Below are positions 1 through 10,645 of a stretch of DNA of 64,000 bases, piece by piece. The notes under the pieces are model-generated. The model made no database searches, was not told the DNA's origin, and was given only the letters and a program-made list of their open reading frames with translations. Both the position numbers and the translations under genes were made by a program. How positions within the stretch are numbered: position 1 is the first letter of the stretch; every line of letters starts with the position of its first letter. Source of the stretch: Candidatus Marinacidobacterales bacterium (GTDB lineage Bacteria; Acidobacteriota; Vicinamibacteria; Marinacidobacterales; DATDRI01); the NCBI GenBank assembly GCA_965226495.1, contig OZ245365.1, positions 1,888,001 through 1,952,000 on the forward strand, given 5' to 3'.

Positions 1-621
1 GAAAACATCAAGGTTCCCGAACGCATCATGGCTAAAGGCAACGAGTGAACCGTCCGGAGACCACGAGGGAAACAATTCGACACCATCGAAGCTGGTGAGC
101 GGCCTGATTTCCCAGCCAGGTCCCCGGTCACGCGACGTGAGAAGGAGGGCGGATATCGTCGCGCCGGCGGCTAACAACACCAGCACGAAGCTCGCTGCCG
201 GTCTAAGCCACCTAACACGTGGCTCTGCTCTAGGCGCGTCCCCCTCGACAGCGGGTGTCACGATCCCGTTGAAGACGTAGCCTTTCTTCGGGACCGTCTG
301 GATCAATCCGGAGTCGTTCGCCTCCTCGCCAAACGCCCGGCGCAGCTTCCCGATCGCGTTGGTGAGCACCTCATCGGTGACGAATGTACCCTCCCAAACC
401 GCCTCGAGGATCTGTTCCCGCGAGACCACCTCGCCGGCGTGCTCGACCAGATAGGCGAGCACCTGCATCGCCCGTGGCTCGATTTTGATTCTATTGCCGT
501 GTGTTTCGATCAGATCTCGCCGTAGATCGACGAGCGATTCACCGACGTAGAAGGCATTCCGGATCAGAGCTGGCCTCCTGAATCCGTATGCCGGGAGTCT
601 AACATCCCATCCGCTTTTCAC
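1..621 (-). CDS. CadC/OmpR-type winged-helix + TM + TolB/PD40 propeller sensor (5' part; runs off left edge)
   Basis: Manual translation from GTG at 621 gives EPRAMQVLAYLVEHAGEVVSRE...TVPKKGY, a TM helix, then PLTSFDGVELFPSWSPDG. DNA is near-identical to the 5' end of 3634-5802. Absent from ORF track because there is no stop in the window. Confidence 0.85.
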   Translation of the reverse strand, partial: MKSGWDVRLPAYGFRRPALIRNAFYVGESLVDLRRDLIETHGNRIKIEPRAMQVLAYLVEHAGEVVSREQILEAVWEGTFVTDEVLTNAIGKLRRAFGEEANDSGLIQTVPKKGYVFNGIVTPAVEGDAPRAEPRVRWLRPAASFVLVLLAAGATISALLLTSRDRGPGWEIRPLTSFDGVELFPSWSPDGSLVAFSHDAFGNLDVF

Positions 622-646
622 AAAGAAAAACCCCCTTTTGTAGCGT

Positions 647-690
647 TTTGGGGATGGTTTGGGAACCGTTTGGAAACGGTTTGGTGGCCT
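647..690 (+). promoter_or_regulatory. Four 11-bp-phased TTTGG direct repeats, putative wHTH operator
   Basis: TTTGG at 647, 658, 669 and 680 in the divergent intergenic region; related array at 5879-5911. Confidence 0.55.
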
Positions 691-781
691 TCGGGATTCC
701 TTTCCTCGCCCCTTGTTACTCCTCGGTGCGACGGCGGCGGCCGGCCTTGAGCGACCGTCGCATCAACGAGGAGGGTCAGCA

Positions 782-1474
782 ATGAGAAAACGAGATGTTC
801 GCTTCTGTTGTAGCGCTTTCTGCATGTTGTGTGCCCTGATTCTTGTGGGTACCAGCGCCGCCTCTGCGCCGCAGAATGACGTGGTAAACCCCAAACCCCA
901 ACTGAATGTCACCTGGCTCGACCCCGCCAATCTGTTTCCATCCGGGGCGCAAAGAGTCGGTCAGCATGTGAAGTGGATATTCGAGAATATCGAGGTGTCG
1001 ACCTCCTGGCGGATTGGAAGTATAGCGATCTCGAACGATCCATCTGCCTTTGGGCTTCGCGTGGTTCTCATGCCGTCCGATCCGACCTCCTGGGGGTTGT
1101 CCGATCGCGTGATGGGACTCGTCCCTAAGAAGGAACCGCGAGAGGCGATTTACGTATTCTATCCCGCCATTCTGCGGGCACTAGGCTACGAGGGAGATGG
1201 GGTAGCCAGCGGTCCTCGGTTGGAGACGTGGGTAAGGCGCCATTGGAGGGAAGTGTCTCTCGCACTCAGCCGGGTCGTAGTGCACGAGGTCGTTCATGCG
1301 GTATTACCGGCCCTCGACCACCACCCCAAGGGATTGATGAGATCCAAACTGAATGAGGCGACGCTGATTCAATACCGGGCGGCAATCGATCCTCATCTCG
1401 CGGCATTACTTCGGGTGGGCTTGACTAATCCGTCGTCGACGAGGGTGGTAGCCGCAAACACTCGACCAAATTGA
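782..1474 (+). CDS. Secreted protein with HExxH zinc-metalloprotease-like motif
   Basis: RBS GAGGAGG before ATG 782; signal peptide MRKRDVRF...SAASA; VVHEVVHAVL followed by H...GLM. Confidence 0.7.
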   Translation: MRKRDVRFCCSAFCMLCALILVGTSAASAPQNDVVNPKPQLNVTWLDPANLFPSGAQRVGQHVKWIFENIEVSTSWRIGSIAISNDPSAFGLRVVLMPSDPTSWGLSDRVMGLVPKKEPREAIYVFYPAILRALGYEGDGVASGPRLETWVRRHWREVSLALSRVVVHEVVHAVLPALDHHPKGLMRSKLNEATLIQYRAAIDPHLAALLRVGLTNPSSTRVVAANTRPN

Positions 1475-1711
1475 CTGGCGCCCCAGCGCTTCAACGGATC
1501 GACGAAACTCTCTTCGGCCAATGACGAAGATGCCGCCGATACGCCGGATTTCGTCTTCCCCGGCGGTCAGGGGCAGCCGCTAGCAAGTTCGGCCTTAAGT
1601 CTCGTTGGTCAGAGCTCGTGTGATGGGATCGAAGGTCTGGATCACCCACCGAAATCTAGAAGCATGATGTCGCCCGCGGCTTTCGTTGAGCGTTTCCGGC
1701 CGTTGGCGCCA

Positions 1712-2836
1712 TCATTGGTAGTTTTCGATGACGTAAATATCGGACTGATCGGTGTCGCGGGTGTAGAAGATCTTTTGCCCATCCGGAGACCAGCCACCGT
1801 TGTGAGGGTGCCATCGCTCTCGACCCTCCGTGATCTGCACCGGCAGTCCCGCGGGCTCCGGCAGCTCTTCCGGCGCGGAAGGCGGGGTTAGGGGCAACAC
1901 GTAGAGCTCTTGGCCGAAATGGCTGGGCCCCTTGCAGTAGGCGACGGCGCGGCCGTCCGGAGAGACGGCCATCTCGATGGTCGCACCTTCAAGTAGCCTG
2001 GCCTCTCTGCCGGTGGTCAGGTTCCTGACCACCATTTCCCGTCCACTGCCGTCGGAGACCATACGAGAGTAAATTACATGTTGGCTGTCCAGATACCAAT
2101 CAAAGTAGAGGACATCGGTTAGCACCGGCCCTGCGACATCATCGTCTCGGGACACGACCCAGAGCGAAACTCCCGAATCGTCAATGGCCAGGGCGGCGAT
2201 GGCCTTCCCGTCGGGAGACCACCGCGTGCCTGCCCGCACCAGGTTCGGACCCTGCTGGCCAGCCGTTTGAATCGGCTCCTCGTGTAAAAGGCTTGGGGAG
2301 GTACCGTCGATCGACACTGTCCAGAATTGGTATTGCCCCTCTCGGTTGGACAGGAACGCGATCTCGCCTCCGTCCGGAGACCAGGAGGCGCCGATGTCGT
2401 TTGCTGGATTTTCTGCGAGCTGGCGCTCCGACCCGCTCTCCAGGTCCATGAGCCAGATCTCGTTATTGCCGGTGCGATTCGAGCTATACAGTAGGCTGTG
2501 CCCGTCGGGGGAAAGACGTGGGTAGAAATTGCTTCGAGTGTGATGAGTGAGGCGTTCTTCCCTAGCTGTCTCGACGTGTGTCCAGTATAGGTCGGTTTGA
2601 TGACTGAACGGAGCGTACACGAGAGGCCCCTTGCTTGAAACGGCGAGCGAGAGATCCCACTCGCTGGTAGTGAGCTGACGTAGTTGGCCGGATCGAATAT
2701 TGATGTCCCAAATGTTTTGCATACCGGCGCGGTGAGAACGGAAGAGGACACGCTGACTGTCGGCGGAGAAGGCCGCCTCGACATTGACGTACGGCTCGTC
2801 GACGAGGGGTTGGGGCTCGCCCCCATTGGCTGGCAA
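1712..2836 (-). pseudogene. 3' half of a TolB/PD40 propeller sensor, 5'-truncated
   Basis: Multiple WSPDG/LSPDG repeats and C-terminal SDIYVIENY; begins mid-repeat at a junction with a phoH fragment. Confidence 0.75.
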
Positions 2837-2839
2837 CCC

Positions 2840-3018
2840 GAAAACTGCTCGAAGATGTTCTCCACGAGCTCGACTTGGTCGGGCTCGCCATCAACCATAA
2901 CCTCCTGTCCCCGAGTCACAATCTTGACGTTCAGAGCGTTCTCGATGGATTTTAGATTCTCGTCTTGAGTGCCAAAGAGTGCGAGGGTTCCCTCTACCGG
3001 GACGGTGATTTTCTTCAT
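2840..3018 (-). pseudogene. phoH: PhoH-family (YbeZ) N-terminal fragment
   Basis: MKKITVPVEGTLALFGTQDENLKSIENALNVKIVTRG matches the KH-like N-terminus; resemblance stops after about 60 aa and there is no P-loop. Confidence 0.7.
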
Positions 3019-3633
3019 AAAGTGAGCGGCGTTACCCCTTGGCGGAAGACTCCTTTGGGGACGGGTCTGCCTCCCGTCTAGACGGCACGATTCTTTCTCT
3101 AATTAGGCAATGGGAAAAATTCGACTGCCGGGGACTGGTGGAAAGAAGGGGCCGGGACGGGACGATAAAGAGCCCGAATAAGCTGATTCATCTCCTGAAA
3201 AGGATGCTAGCACGGGCCTCTAAACCGTCAAATATACGTGCTGGCCTAACCTGACCGCTGATTGCCGCCAAAAAAAGGGGGTTGGAGCCAACCGGCATGG
3301 CCGGGGGCTAGATCGTGTCTTCGCCGCCGCCGGGACCTGGAAGCGGGGGCTCTAGGGAGACCGGCGGGATGGTCATTTTCGGTGTGATCGGGAGAGGCGA
3401 GATAACCGGGGGCGGGGCGTGTGCCTCGATAGCGGCCCCGTATGAGGCCCTGCTTGGTGCGCCGCTCTTGGCTCCCGAGACCGCAATCGATCCCGTGCCT
3501 GTTCCTTGAGCTTCTCGGCCATCGCCTCGGCGAGTCGATCGGCGAGCGGGCAAGTGTCACACCCACGTTGGCACCGCTTGCAATTGCGGAGAGATAGTTG
3601 CTATCTCGGTTATTTTGCCCAGTGTCGATTCAC

Positions 3634-5802
3634 TCAGAACTTTTCGAGAGTGAGCAGCCAGATGTCGGATTCGCGACTGACCAGTGAGAAATAGATCGCG
3701 CGATCGTCCGTTGTGGTGCGAGAGACGCGGGTCAGTTCGACTGGGTGTCCCATAAGAGCACCCGGCGCAAATATCTCGCGATATTCTTTGGACTCACTAT
3801 CGAGAATGAAGAACTTGCCCTGAGTACGCTCGGTAAAAAGGAGTCTGTGGCTATCGTTGAGCCAGACCGGCCTTGTTCCGAAATCCGTTAACTGGCGGTA
3901 TTCCTTCGACTCGAGATCGTAAAGGATGATGCTTTCGTCGAGCGAATGGAGGGCCAGACGCCGCCCATCGGGAGACCATGACATCACCTGCAATCTCTCA
4001 CTCTTGCCCTCAAACGGCGGCATAGCTTCCGGAAGCGTTTCAGTCCACGGCTTGCCCAGCTCGACGACATAAGACCAGACTTGAGGAAAGAGAGTGTAGG
4101 CTATGCGCAAGCCATCCGCCGACCAGACGGGAAAAGAAGCATCGTAGCCCGGGGTGTTGGTGACTTGCTGAAGGCCGCTACCGTCCGGATTCACGATCCA
4201 GATCTCGGACGTACCGCTCCGGTACGACTGAAAAGCGATCCGCTCGCCGTCGGGGGACCATTGGGGATGACGATCCCTAGCGTCCGTGAGCTGGCGGATC
4301 CCGGTGCCATCCGTACGGATGAGGGAGATGCCATGCGGTGGTCTACGCGAAGAGAAGGCGAGCCATTCACCGTCGGGTGAGGCACTGGGGCCGATGGCCG
4401 TGTTGGAACCTCGAGTGATGGCGACCGGTTCACCCTGAACTTTTTCTGCCGTCTCATCGAAGGCAATCTTGTAGAGATTGAAGTTCTCGACCCCCCGCGA
4501 CGCGTAAGCAATTCTTCGCCCGTCCCCAGACAGCGTCGGATGTACCGCCGAAGCGCCCGCACCGGTGGTCACCGGTTCCGGCTCACTAAGGATCTTGCCC
4601 GATTCCTCTTCAATCGCGACTCGCCATAGGTTCATGCTGCCGCTCCGGTCGCTGGAAAAGTAGATGTAGCTCCCGTCCGGAGACCAGACCGGGTTCCAAT
4701 TTACATAGGCACCGTCCGTGACCCGTAGCGCTTCACCCCCCTTCGCCGATATGGTCCAGATGCCTGGGTGATCGGTCTTCTTGGAGAAATTCTTAGAGAA
4801 ATAGGCAACCCGGTGACCGTGAGGCGACCAGCGGGGCTGAGACGCGTCCTTTCCGGCAATCAGCCGTCTCTCGCCCGTGGCAATATCGATCGCCCAAAGC
4901 TCGCTGACCTTCCATCGCACCGGCCACCAAGTAGGCGCGGTGGCGAAGAGGATTTCCCTGCCATCGGGCGACCAGACCGGGTCGTAACCGAAATCCGTCA
5001 AGCGCCTGACCGATTCGCCAGTCGCCCCCATCAAGAAAATGCCGCCACCGTCTCGCTCGGAGCGGAACACAATGAGCTCGCCATCCGGGGAGAAGGCCGG
5101 TTGTGTGTCATCGGCGGGAGAATCCGGAGTCAGGTTAGTGGCGTTCCGCCCCTGCACCCTTCGGACGTAGACGTCCCAGTTGCCGGCGGCCCGGCTGGTG
5201 TAGGCGATGAATCTTCCGTCCGGCGACAGGCTGGGGAAGAGCTCCTCACCAGGTTCTGAAGTCAATTGGGAGAAGGTTCCCTGGACCGCAGAGGCTCCGA
5301 TTTGCCTGGTATCTCGGGCGAGCGGCACTGCCAGATAGACTGCGACCGCAGAGATAACGGCTCCTAGGGCTGCCCAAAGAGCCCGCCGGCTGATGCGCTT
5401 CGGCTCGGGCAGGCCCCGTTCCTCGAAAGCGAACGAACCCTCCACCGGCGAGACCGAAGCATTGAGTCGGTAGCCTTTTTTCGGAACCGTCTGGATCAAT
5501 CCGGAGTCGTTCGCCTCCTCGCCAAACGCCCGGCGCAGCTTCCCGATCGCGTTGGTGAGCACCTCATCGGTGACGAACGTACCCTCCCAAACCGCCTCGA
5601 GGATCTGTTCCCGCGAGACCACCTCGCCAGCGTTCTCAACCAGATAGGCGAGCACCTGCATCGCCCGTGGTTCGATTTTGATTGTGTTGCCGTGTCGTTC
5701 GATGAGGTCTCGCCGCGGATCGACGAGCGATTCACCGACGTGGAAGGCATTCTGGATCAGAGCTGGCCTCCTGATCCTACTATGGCCGGAGTCTAGCACC
5801 AT
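3634..5802 (-). CDS. CadC-type winged-helix + TM + TolB/PD40 propeller one-component sensor
   Basis: Trans_reg_C motif (EPRAMQVLAYL...IQTVPKKGYRL), TM at ~aa 140-160, more than 10 (W/F/L)SPDG-type repeats. Confidence 0.9.
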   Translation of the reverse strand: MVLDSGHSRIRRPALIQNAFHVGESLVDPRRDLIERHGNTIKIEPRAMQVLAYLVENAGEVVSREQILEAVWEGTFVTDEVLTNAIGKLRRAFGEEANDSGLIQTVPKKGYRLNASVSPVEGSFAFEERGLPEPKRISRRALWAALGAVISAVAVYLAVPLARDTRQIGASAVQGTFSQLTSEPGEELFPSLSPDGRFIAYTSRAAGNWDVYVRRVQGRNATNLTPDSPADDTQPAFSPDGELIVFRSERDGGGIFLMGATGESVRRLTDFGYDPVWSPDGREILFATAPTWWPVRWKVSELWAIDIATGERRLIAGKDASQPRWSPHGHRVAYFSKNFSKKTDHPGIWTISAKGGEALRVTDGAYVNWNPVWSPDGSYIYFSSDRSGSMNLWRVAIEEESGKILSEPEPVTTGAGASAVHPTLSGDGRRIAYASRGVENFNLYKIAFDETAEKVQGEPVAITRGSNTAIGPSASPDGEWLAFSSRRPPHGISLIRTDGTGIRQLTDARDRHPQWSPDGERIAFQSYRSGTSEIWIVNPDGSGLQQVTNTPGYDASFPVWSADGLRIAYTLFPQVWSYVVELGKPWTETLPEAMPPFEGKSERLQVMSWSPDGRRLALHSLDESIILYDLESKEYRQLTDFGTRPVWLNDSHRLLFTERTQGKFFILDSESKEYREIFAPGALMGHPVELTRVSRTTTDDRAIYFSLVSRESDIWLLTLEKF

Positions 5803-5878
5803 ATCCTTCGCAAGGGAAAACCCATTCTTTTCGTGGAGGCGCCGTTCGTCTCCAAGTCCTGGCCAGGATGGAACTTCG

Positions 5879-5911
5879 TTTGGGAATCGTTTGGGAATCG
5901 TTAGGAGTTTT
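5879..5911 (+). promoter_or_regulatory. 11-bp-phased direct repeats (TTTGGGAATCG x2 + TTAGG), putative wHTH operator
   Basis: Units at 5879, 5890 and 5901; same relative position as the 647-690 array. Confidence 0.55.
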
Positions 5912-6002
5912 TCGGGACTCGATTGTCGACTCCTTGCTACTCATCACTAGGACGACGGCGGCCGGCGCTCTGCGACCGCCGAATCGACGAGGAGGGTCAG
6001 CA

Positions 6003-6140
6003 ATGAGAAAACGAGATGTCCGCTTCCGGCATAGCGCTTTCTGCATGTTGTGTGCACTGATTCTTGCGGGTACCGCCGCGCACAATGGTCCTGGAACAAG
6101 TTGTAGCCCGCAAAAGTCTATTGAAAGGAGAATAAGGTGA
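6003..6140 (+). pseudogene. Signal-peptide remnant paralogous to the start of 782-1474
   Basis: MRKRDVRFRHSAFCMLCALILAGT nearly identical to the 782 start, then diverges; stop overlaps the FG-GAP start (GTGA). Confidence 0.65.
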
Positions 6141-7636
6141 ACCTAATGAACGCCTTGCGAGGAACTCGATGGACGAAAATCGCCGCGTTCGCTCTATGCT
6201 CGTGCGTGGCGGGGGTGCTCGTCGCCACGCCACAAAAGGGAAAAAAACCCGAGAAGCCTGCGAGCTCATGCGACGTGATTCAACCCCTGAACCCAGACTT
6301 CACCCTGGTGGCCACGCTGCAAGCCAGCATCCCGATGGCGAACGTCGGGTTTGGCGGGGGCGTTAGTGCGACGTCCTTCGGAACGGAGGTCGTGGTCGCA
6401 GTGGGGTCCTTTTTCGAGACGGACACGGTGGAGGTCTTCCAGTTGAATCTCGACGGGTCGCCGGCGGCGGCCCAAGTCACCCTAACTGTCCCTGTCTCCG
6501 GGCGGTACGACAATGTTGTTATCGCTGCCGTGAACACCGATAACTTTCCAGACATCGTCGTTGGAGACGGCAAGAGTGCGTTCTTGTTCCTCGCCGATGC
6601 CTATGGAAATGGTGGATACGAAGCTCCCATCGAGCTCCTGCCCTCCGAGGCCAGCTTAGGCTTTGGTTCTTCGATTGCCGTCGGAGATCTCATCGAGGAT
6701 GGAATGAATAATCCGGATGGTTATCCCGACATCGTCGTCGGCGCTCCCGCCAGCGGCACCAAAGACAGTGGCAAGGTGTTCATTTTCGAGCCGTCGGGAG
6801 CGATGTTCCCCTCCTCCAGCCTCACGATTGACGGGGCGGATCGACCCGGCGCCCAGAGCGGTGATCGGTTTGGCCAGAGCGTAGCGGTCGGAGATGTCAC
6901 GGGGGCGTCCATGAACGAAGATCTCATTGTATCCGCTGACCGTGCCGATGAAGGCAAAGGCAAACACAACGTCGGCAAAGTGTGGGTGTTCCCGGGAGCT
7001 CTTAACGGCTCCCCCTTTCTGCTCGCCCAAGGGGAAAAGAGTGCCTCTCTGGGGAACAAGGTGGCGGCGGCAGATCTTACCAACAGCGGGTTCCGCGATG
7101 TGGTGGTCACAGATTTGGGTGAGGAGGCGCTGGTCTTTCCAGGTCTGGTTCCAAACGGCCCTGTCCCAGTCGTCCTTCTCCCCGATCCTAGCCTCGCCGG
7201 GACCGGAGGCTATGGGCAAGCCATAGCGGCGGGCGACATCGATGGGGACGGGCGTCCGGATCTGATCGTGGGGGCCAGGCTAGCCAGACCACCGGGGTGC
7301 AACCGCAACATTGGAGCGGCTCAGGTCTACTTGTCCGACGTCGCCGATTCTAAGCCCTATGGATTCCTCTTGCAGCCGCCAGACACAGAGGGCGGCAATT
7401 ACGGAGTTGGCGTGGCGGTCGCCTCTGGACTCGTCTTCGTCGGCGAGTTTGGTCGCGATGCAGTCGATGGCGGCAATTTACTCGATGCCGCCGGTCTGGT
7501 TTACGTGTACGGGCTGGTGGACACCGATGGTGATGGTGTTCCGGACGTCCAGGATAACTGCCCTCTGGTGTCCAACCCTCTTCAACTGGATGCCGACGGG
7601 GACGGTGTCGGAGATGCCTGCGACCCGACTCCATAA
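6137..7636 (+). CDS. Secreted FG-GAP (integrin-alpha-like propeller) protein with C-terminal thrombospondin type-3 repeat
   Basis: [40 protein letters not shown]; [35 protein letters not shown]; RBS AAGGAG. Confidence 0.88.
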   Translation: MNLMNALRGTRWTKIAAFALCSCVAGVLVATPQKGKKPEKPASSCDVIQPLNPDFTLVATLQASIPMANVGFGGGVSATSFGTEVVVAVGSFFETDTVEVFQLNLDGSPAAAQVTLTVPVSGRYDNVVIAAVNTDNFPDIVVGDGKSAFLFLADAYGNGGYEAPIELLPSEASLGFGSSIAVGDLIEDGMNNPDGYPDIVVGAPASGTKDSGKVFIFEPSGAMFPSSSLTIDGADRPGAQSGDRFGQSVAVGDVTGASMNEDLIVSADRADEGKGKHNVGKVWVFPGALNGSPFLLAQGEKSASLGNKVAAADLTNSGFRDVVVTDLGEEALVFPGLVPNGPVPVVLLPDPSLAGTGGYGQAIAAGDIDGDGRPDLIVGARLARPPGCNRNIGAAQVYLSDVADSKPYGFLLQPPDTEGGNYGVGVAVASGLVFVGEFGRDAVDGGNLLDAAGLVYVYGLVDTDGDGVPDVQDNCPLVSNPLQLDADGDGVGDACDPTP

Positions 7637-7669
7637 GGGCTAAGTACGCGACAACACTGAGCGCGAGTC

Positions 7670-7703
7670 CGGGAGCCTCACTTCGGCTGAGGCCCCCGAT
7701 TTG
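7670..7703 (+). terminator. Possible intrinsic terminator
   Basis: Hairpin cgggagcctca-cttcggc-tgaggcccccg after the FG-GAP stop; weak U-tract. Confidence 0.4.
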
Positions 7704-7807
7704 CTTCGTGTGCGCCAGGAAGGGTGGGCTGTCACTACCACCTAGGTTGGAGGTATCGAGATCTCAAGAGATCCACATACCTTGGGGCTACGCGTGCTTC
7801 TCATGCT

Positions 7808-9010
7808 CGTAGGGTCAAAATACTCATGCGGCCTTCCGGTAGTAGAATTTCAGCAGCCCGCCGAGACGTTCGCGACAGCGAATCGCTCCGTCTGCCGCGT
7901 TCGTCTGGCCCACACGGGGAAACAACAACAGATTGTTCTTGCCTTGATGATTCCTCTCGTGATGATGATGTGCGACGTACTCCTTCAGCGCGTGACGAAG
8001 CGACCTCTCCCCGAACAAGATAAGCTTCGAGAGACATTCCTCTTTGACGGACTTCACCCAGCGCTCCGCGAACGAGTTCAAATCCGGGCTCCGCGCGGGC
8101 AGCTTGACAGGCGTGACGCCGACCGACTCAATGGTGGCCCGGAACGACTCGCAGAACTTGGAATCCCGGTCGTGGATAAGATATCGGCTCGAGGACAGAA
8201 AGCCGACATCGGCCATCGTCACGTTGCGGGCCACTTGAGTCATCCACTGTTCGTTCGGATGCGGCGTGATGCCGGCAATGTAGACGCGTCGCGTAGCCAG
8301 GTGGATGAAGAACAGAACGTAGTACGTCACCAACCCGCCCTGAGCCCACACCTCCGCGGTGAAGAAATCTGTCGCCGCGAGGACATCCATGTGCGAGCGA
8401 ATGAACTCCGTCCAGGTGCTGGCCTTCTTTCGCTCAGGGGCAGGTGGTATGCCGTGACGCCTCAGGATGTTACCTACGGCTGGGTCGCTGACTTCATGCC
8501 CGAGATTGGCTAACGCCCCGGCAATCCGGTCGTAACCCCAGGACTTGTTCTCCTTGGCGAGATGCACCACCAGCTCTTCGATGTCGGCGTCGACCCGCGG
8601 CCGCCCTGGATACTGACGGTTCTTGGAGCCGTCGAACTTCTTCGCAACAAGCCTCCGGTGCCAGCCCAGGATCGTCTCGGGCTTCACGATGCTCGCTACT
8701 TCGTCGAGCGCTCGTTTGCCGAGCTGTTTTCCGATCTCGGCCAGAGACCGCCGTTCGCCATCGGTCAGGCGCAAACGACCCTGGATCTGATCTCGAAGAA
8801 TTCGATTCTCGGCCACAAGATACTCGTTCCGCAGGAGCAACTCCTCATCCACGGATCCTGAGATGTAGGCCAGCATGGTCTTCCAGTCCATCGCGACTCC
8901 TTCCGGTGAACCGGTGTTATACGTATCCGACCGCGATGGCGGATTCAAGCCACCTTTGGGAAGGTGCAAACTGCTGACCCGGCTGGGCGTTCGAGTATTT
9001 TGACCAGACG
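7808..9010 (-). mobile_element. IS with rve/integrase-core transposase and 18-bp terminal inverted repeats
   Basis: IRs cgtagggtcaaaatactc (7808-7825) and gagtattttgaccagacg (8993-9010), 16/18 match. Confidence 0.8.
7824..8891 (-). CDS. Integrase-core (rve) DDE transposase
   Basis: WGYDRI HTH, ATDFFT, YLIHDRDSKF, NSFAERWVKSVKEECL, RLGGLLKFYYR; start MDWK after GAAGGAG. Confidence 0.9.
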   Translation of the reverse strand: MDWKTMLAYISGSVDEELLLRNEYLVAENRILRDQIQGRLRLTDGERRSLAEIGKQLGKRALDEVASIVKPETILGWHRRLVAKKFDGSKNRQYPGRPRVDADIEELVVHLAKENKSWGYDRIAGALANLGHEVSDPAVGNILRRHGIPPAPERKKASTWTEFIRSHMDVLAATDFFTAEVWAQGGLVTYYVLFFIHLATRRVYIAGITPHPNEQWMTQVARNVTMADVGFLSSSRYLIHDRDSKFCESFRATIESVGVTPVKLPARSPDLNSFAERWVKSVKEECLSKLILFGERSLRHALKEYVAHHHHERNHQGKNNLLLFPRVGQTNAADGAIRCRERLGGLLKFYYRKAA

Positions 9011-9099
9011 GGAATGGCATCCCGTCCCCTACGTCGATTCTCACAAAGATTCTCACAAAGCCGAGCTCGTATATTCGGCACAAGCTCCTGTGTCTTCTT

Positions 9100-9205
9100 C
9101 GAGACCGTGGGCTCGTTTCCCGTCTATCCCAGCGACACCAAGGGATTGCACAAGCTCGCTTGTTATCTCATGCGGGCTCACGTGAACCTGTCCCGACTTC
9201 GGCTC
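9100..9205 (+). pseudogene. IS91/ISCR transposase scar
   Basis: VYPSDTKGLHKLACYLMRAHVNLSRL parallels VWPQNTEGLERLCRYLLRCPLSLSRI in the ISCR transposase at 26835-27629. Confidence 0.5.
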
Positions 9206-9259
9206 TTCGTCCTCGACCGCCGCGGCCCGCCCGGGCAAGTGTAATAATATGTAACATTG

Positions 9260-9288
9260 TTGACAGGCATCCGCAATTCTGTTAGGAT
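9260..9288 (+). promoter_or_regulatory. Sigma70 promoter for the XRE-ino1 operon
   Basis: TTGACA (9260) - 17 bp - TAGGAT (9283), with extended -10 TG. Confidence 0.65.
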
Positions 9289-9322
9289 ACCGTTTCCATG
9301 AGAAGGAGCGGGGAGACCAGCC

Positions 9323-10645
9323 ATGGCCCAGAAGCTTAAGGATATAGGTAGTATTCTCCAGGAGGCGCGGACGTCACGCGGTTTCACTCAGGCTGACATT
9401 GCACCTCGGCTTGGTGTATCGCGAGCCACCGTCGCTCAGATCGAGACAGGGCGGCGATCCTTGAAGGCTGAAGACCTGCGCCGGCTAGCTGCCTTCTATG
9501 GTTGTAGCCCCAGCGAGCTCCTGCCCCGGGCTACCGACGACGAGGAAGTGGATGGCGTCGCCGAGCTGTTCCGCTCCCATCCTGATCTCGCGGAAGATCA
9601 GGGGCCGAGTTCCTTCGCCGGTGTGTGCGCGATGGCGAGAGCTCTCACCCATCTGGAAGCAAGACTCGAGATCGACGCCCTTGCACACCCGCTTCCTCTG
9701 TACCGAATTGAGCGCGCAGATACGCCGTGGCAAGCGGCGCAGCAAGGACATCGCATTGCGGAGGATGAGCGGCGGCGCCTAGCACTTGGAGAGGGGCCCG
9801 TCCGTTTCGTCGATGAACTGCTCATGACGTCGGGCGTTCGTTCGGCCAAGGCAACTCTGCCTAAAGGAATCATCTCGATTTCGATCGCTCACCCGGACCA
9901 CGGGCTTCTCGTTGTGGTCGACAAGAATCTTAGTCTCGAACACCGCCGCTTCAGATACGCACACGGACTTGCCCATTTCTTGTTCGATACCGAAGCGCCG
10001 TGGCGCGTATGCATTTCTAGCGTGGCGCCTGATCTTGCGGAGCTGAGGGCCGACGCTTTCGCAAGCGGCCTTCTGATTCCCCAGCATGGCCTGCGTCGAT
10101 ACGTGGAGACCCTCGGCAAAGAGACATTGGGACGCGCTGGTCCCACGGTGCTCTCCGTGTTTTCAGAGGGCGACGGTCGCGACACGACGGGCGAGAGCCG
10201 TCGGGTGGATGGTCGCCAGCGCAAGGGTTGTACCCCGATCACCTTGTCGGATGTCCTACGCACGGCTCACTACTACGGCACGAGCCCTAGAGTGGCTGCG
10301 CATCGTTTGAGGAACCTCCGGCTCTTAACGGACCGGGAACTCGATCAACTAGAAACGATGATGCAAAGTGAAAAGCATACGCCAATCGAAAGGGAATTTG
10401 CGCTACCGCCAGCACTCCATGAGATGGACTCCCTTTGTTCTCGACTGGCAGCGCTGGCGGCCAGTGCACTCCATCGGGGAAGTATCAATGTCCCCAGATT
10501 CAACGAACTAGCGGATCTCGCGGGAGTTCGCGTGGCCGACCGAGAGCGTATCTTGGCCATTACGGCGACGCCTCCACGACAAGAGCGTGAGACTTCTAGC
10601 CAAACATCCGAGGCGACCACCTCACAGGAGAAGGAGCATTCATGA
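9323..10645 (+). CDS. XRE-HTH + IrrE/ImmA (Peptidase_M78-like) regulator with degenerate HExxH
   Basis: TQADIAPRLGVSRATVAQIETGRR HTH; RRFRYAHGLAHFL and ELRADAFASGLLIP motifs. Confidence 0.85.
   Translation: MAQKLKDIGSILQEARTSRGFTQADIAPRLGVSRATVAQIETGRRSLKAEDLRRLAAFYGCSPSELLPRATDDEEVDGVAELFRSHPDLAEDQGPSSFAGVCAMARALTHLEARLEIDALAHPLPLYRIERADTPWQAAQQGHRIAEDERRRLALGEGPVRFVDELLMTSGVRSAKATLPKGIISISIAHPDHGLLVVVDKNLSLEHRRFRYAHGLAHFLFDTEAPWRVCISSVAPDLAELRADAFASGLLIPQHGLRRYVETLGKETLGRAGPTVLSVFSEGDGRDTTGESRRVDGRQRKGCTPITLSDVLRTAHYYGTSPRVAAHRLRNLRLLTDRELDQLETMMQSEKHTPIEREFALPPALHEMDSLCSRLAALAASALHRGSINVPRFNELADLAGVRVADRERILAITATPPRQERETSSQTSEATTSQEKEHS

Noticed and set aside
2119-3018. 299-aa ORF as a full PhoH
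   Set aside because: Only ~60 aa are PhoH-like; the rest is out-of-frame readthrough of the propeller fragment.
3246-3566. Pro-rich short ORFs between the phoH fragment and the sensor gene
   Set aside because: No convincing start, RBS or family motif.
7782-8513. Long ORF antisense to the rve transposase (similarly 28672-29997, 32307-33386, 58850-59665)
   Set aside because: Shadow ORFs opposite well-supported GC-rich genes, with no motifs.
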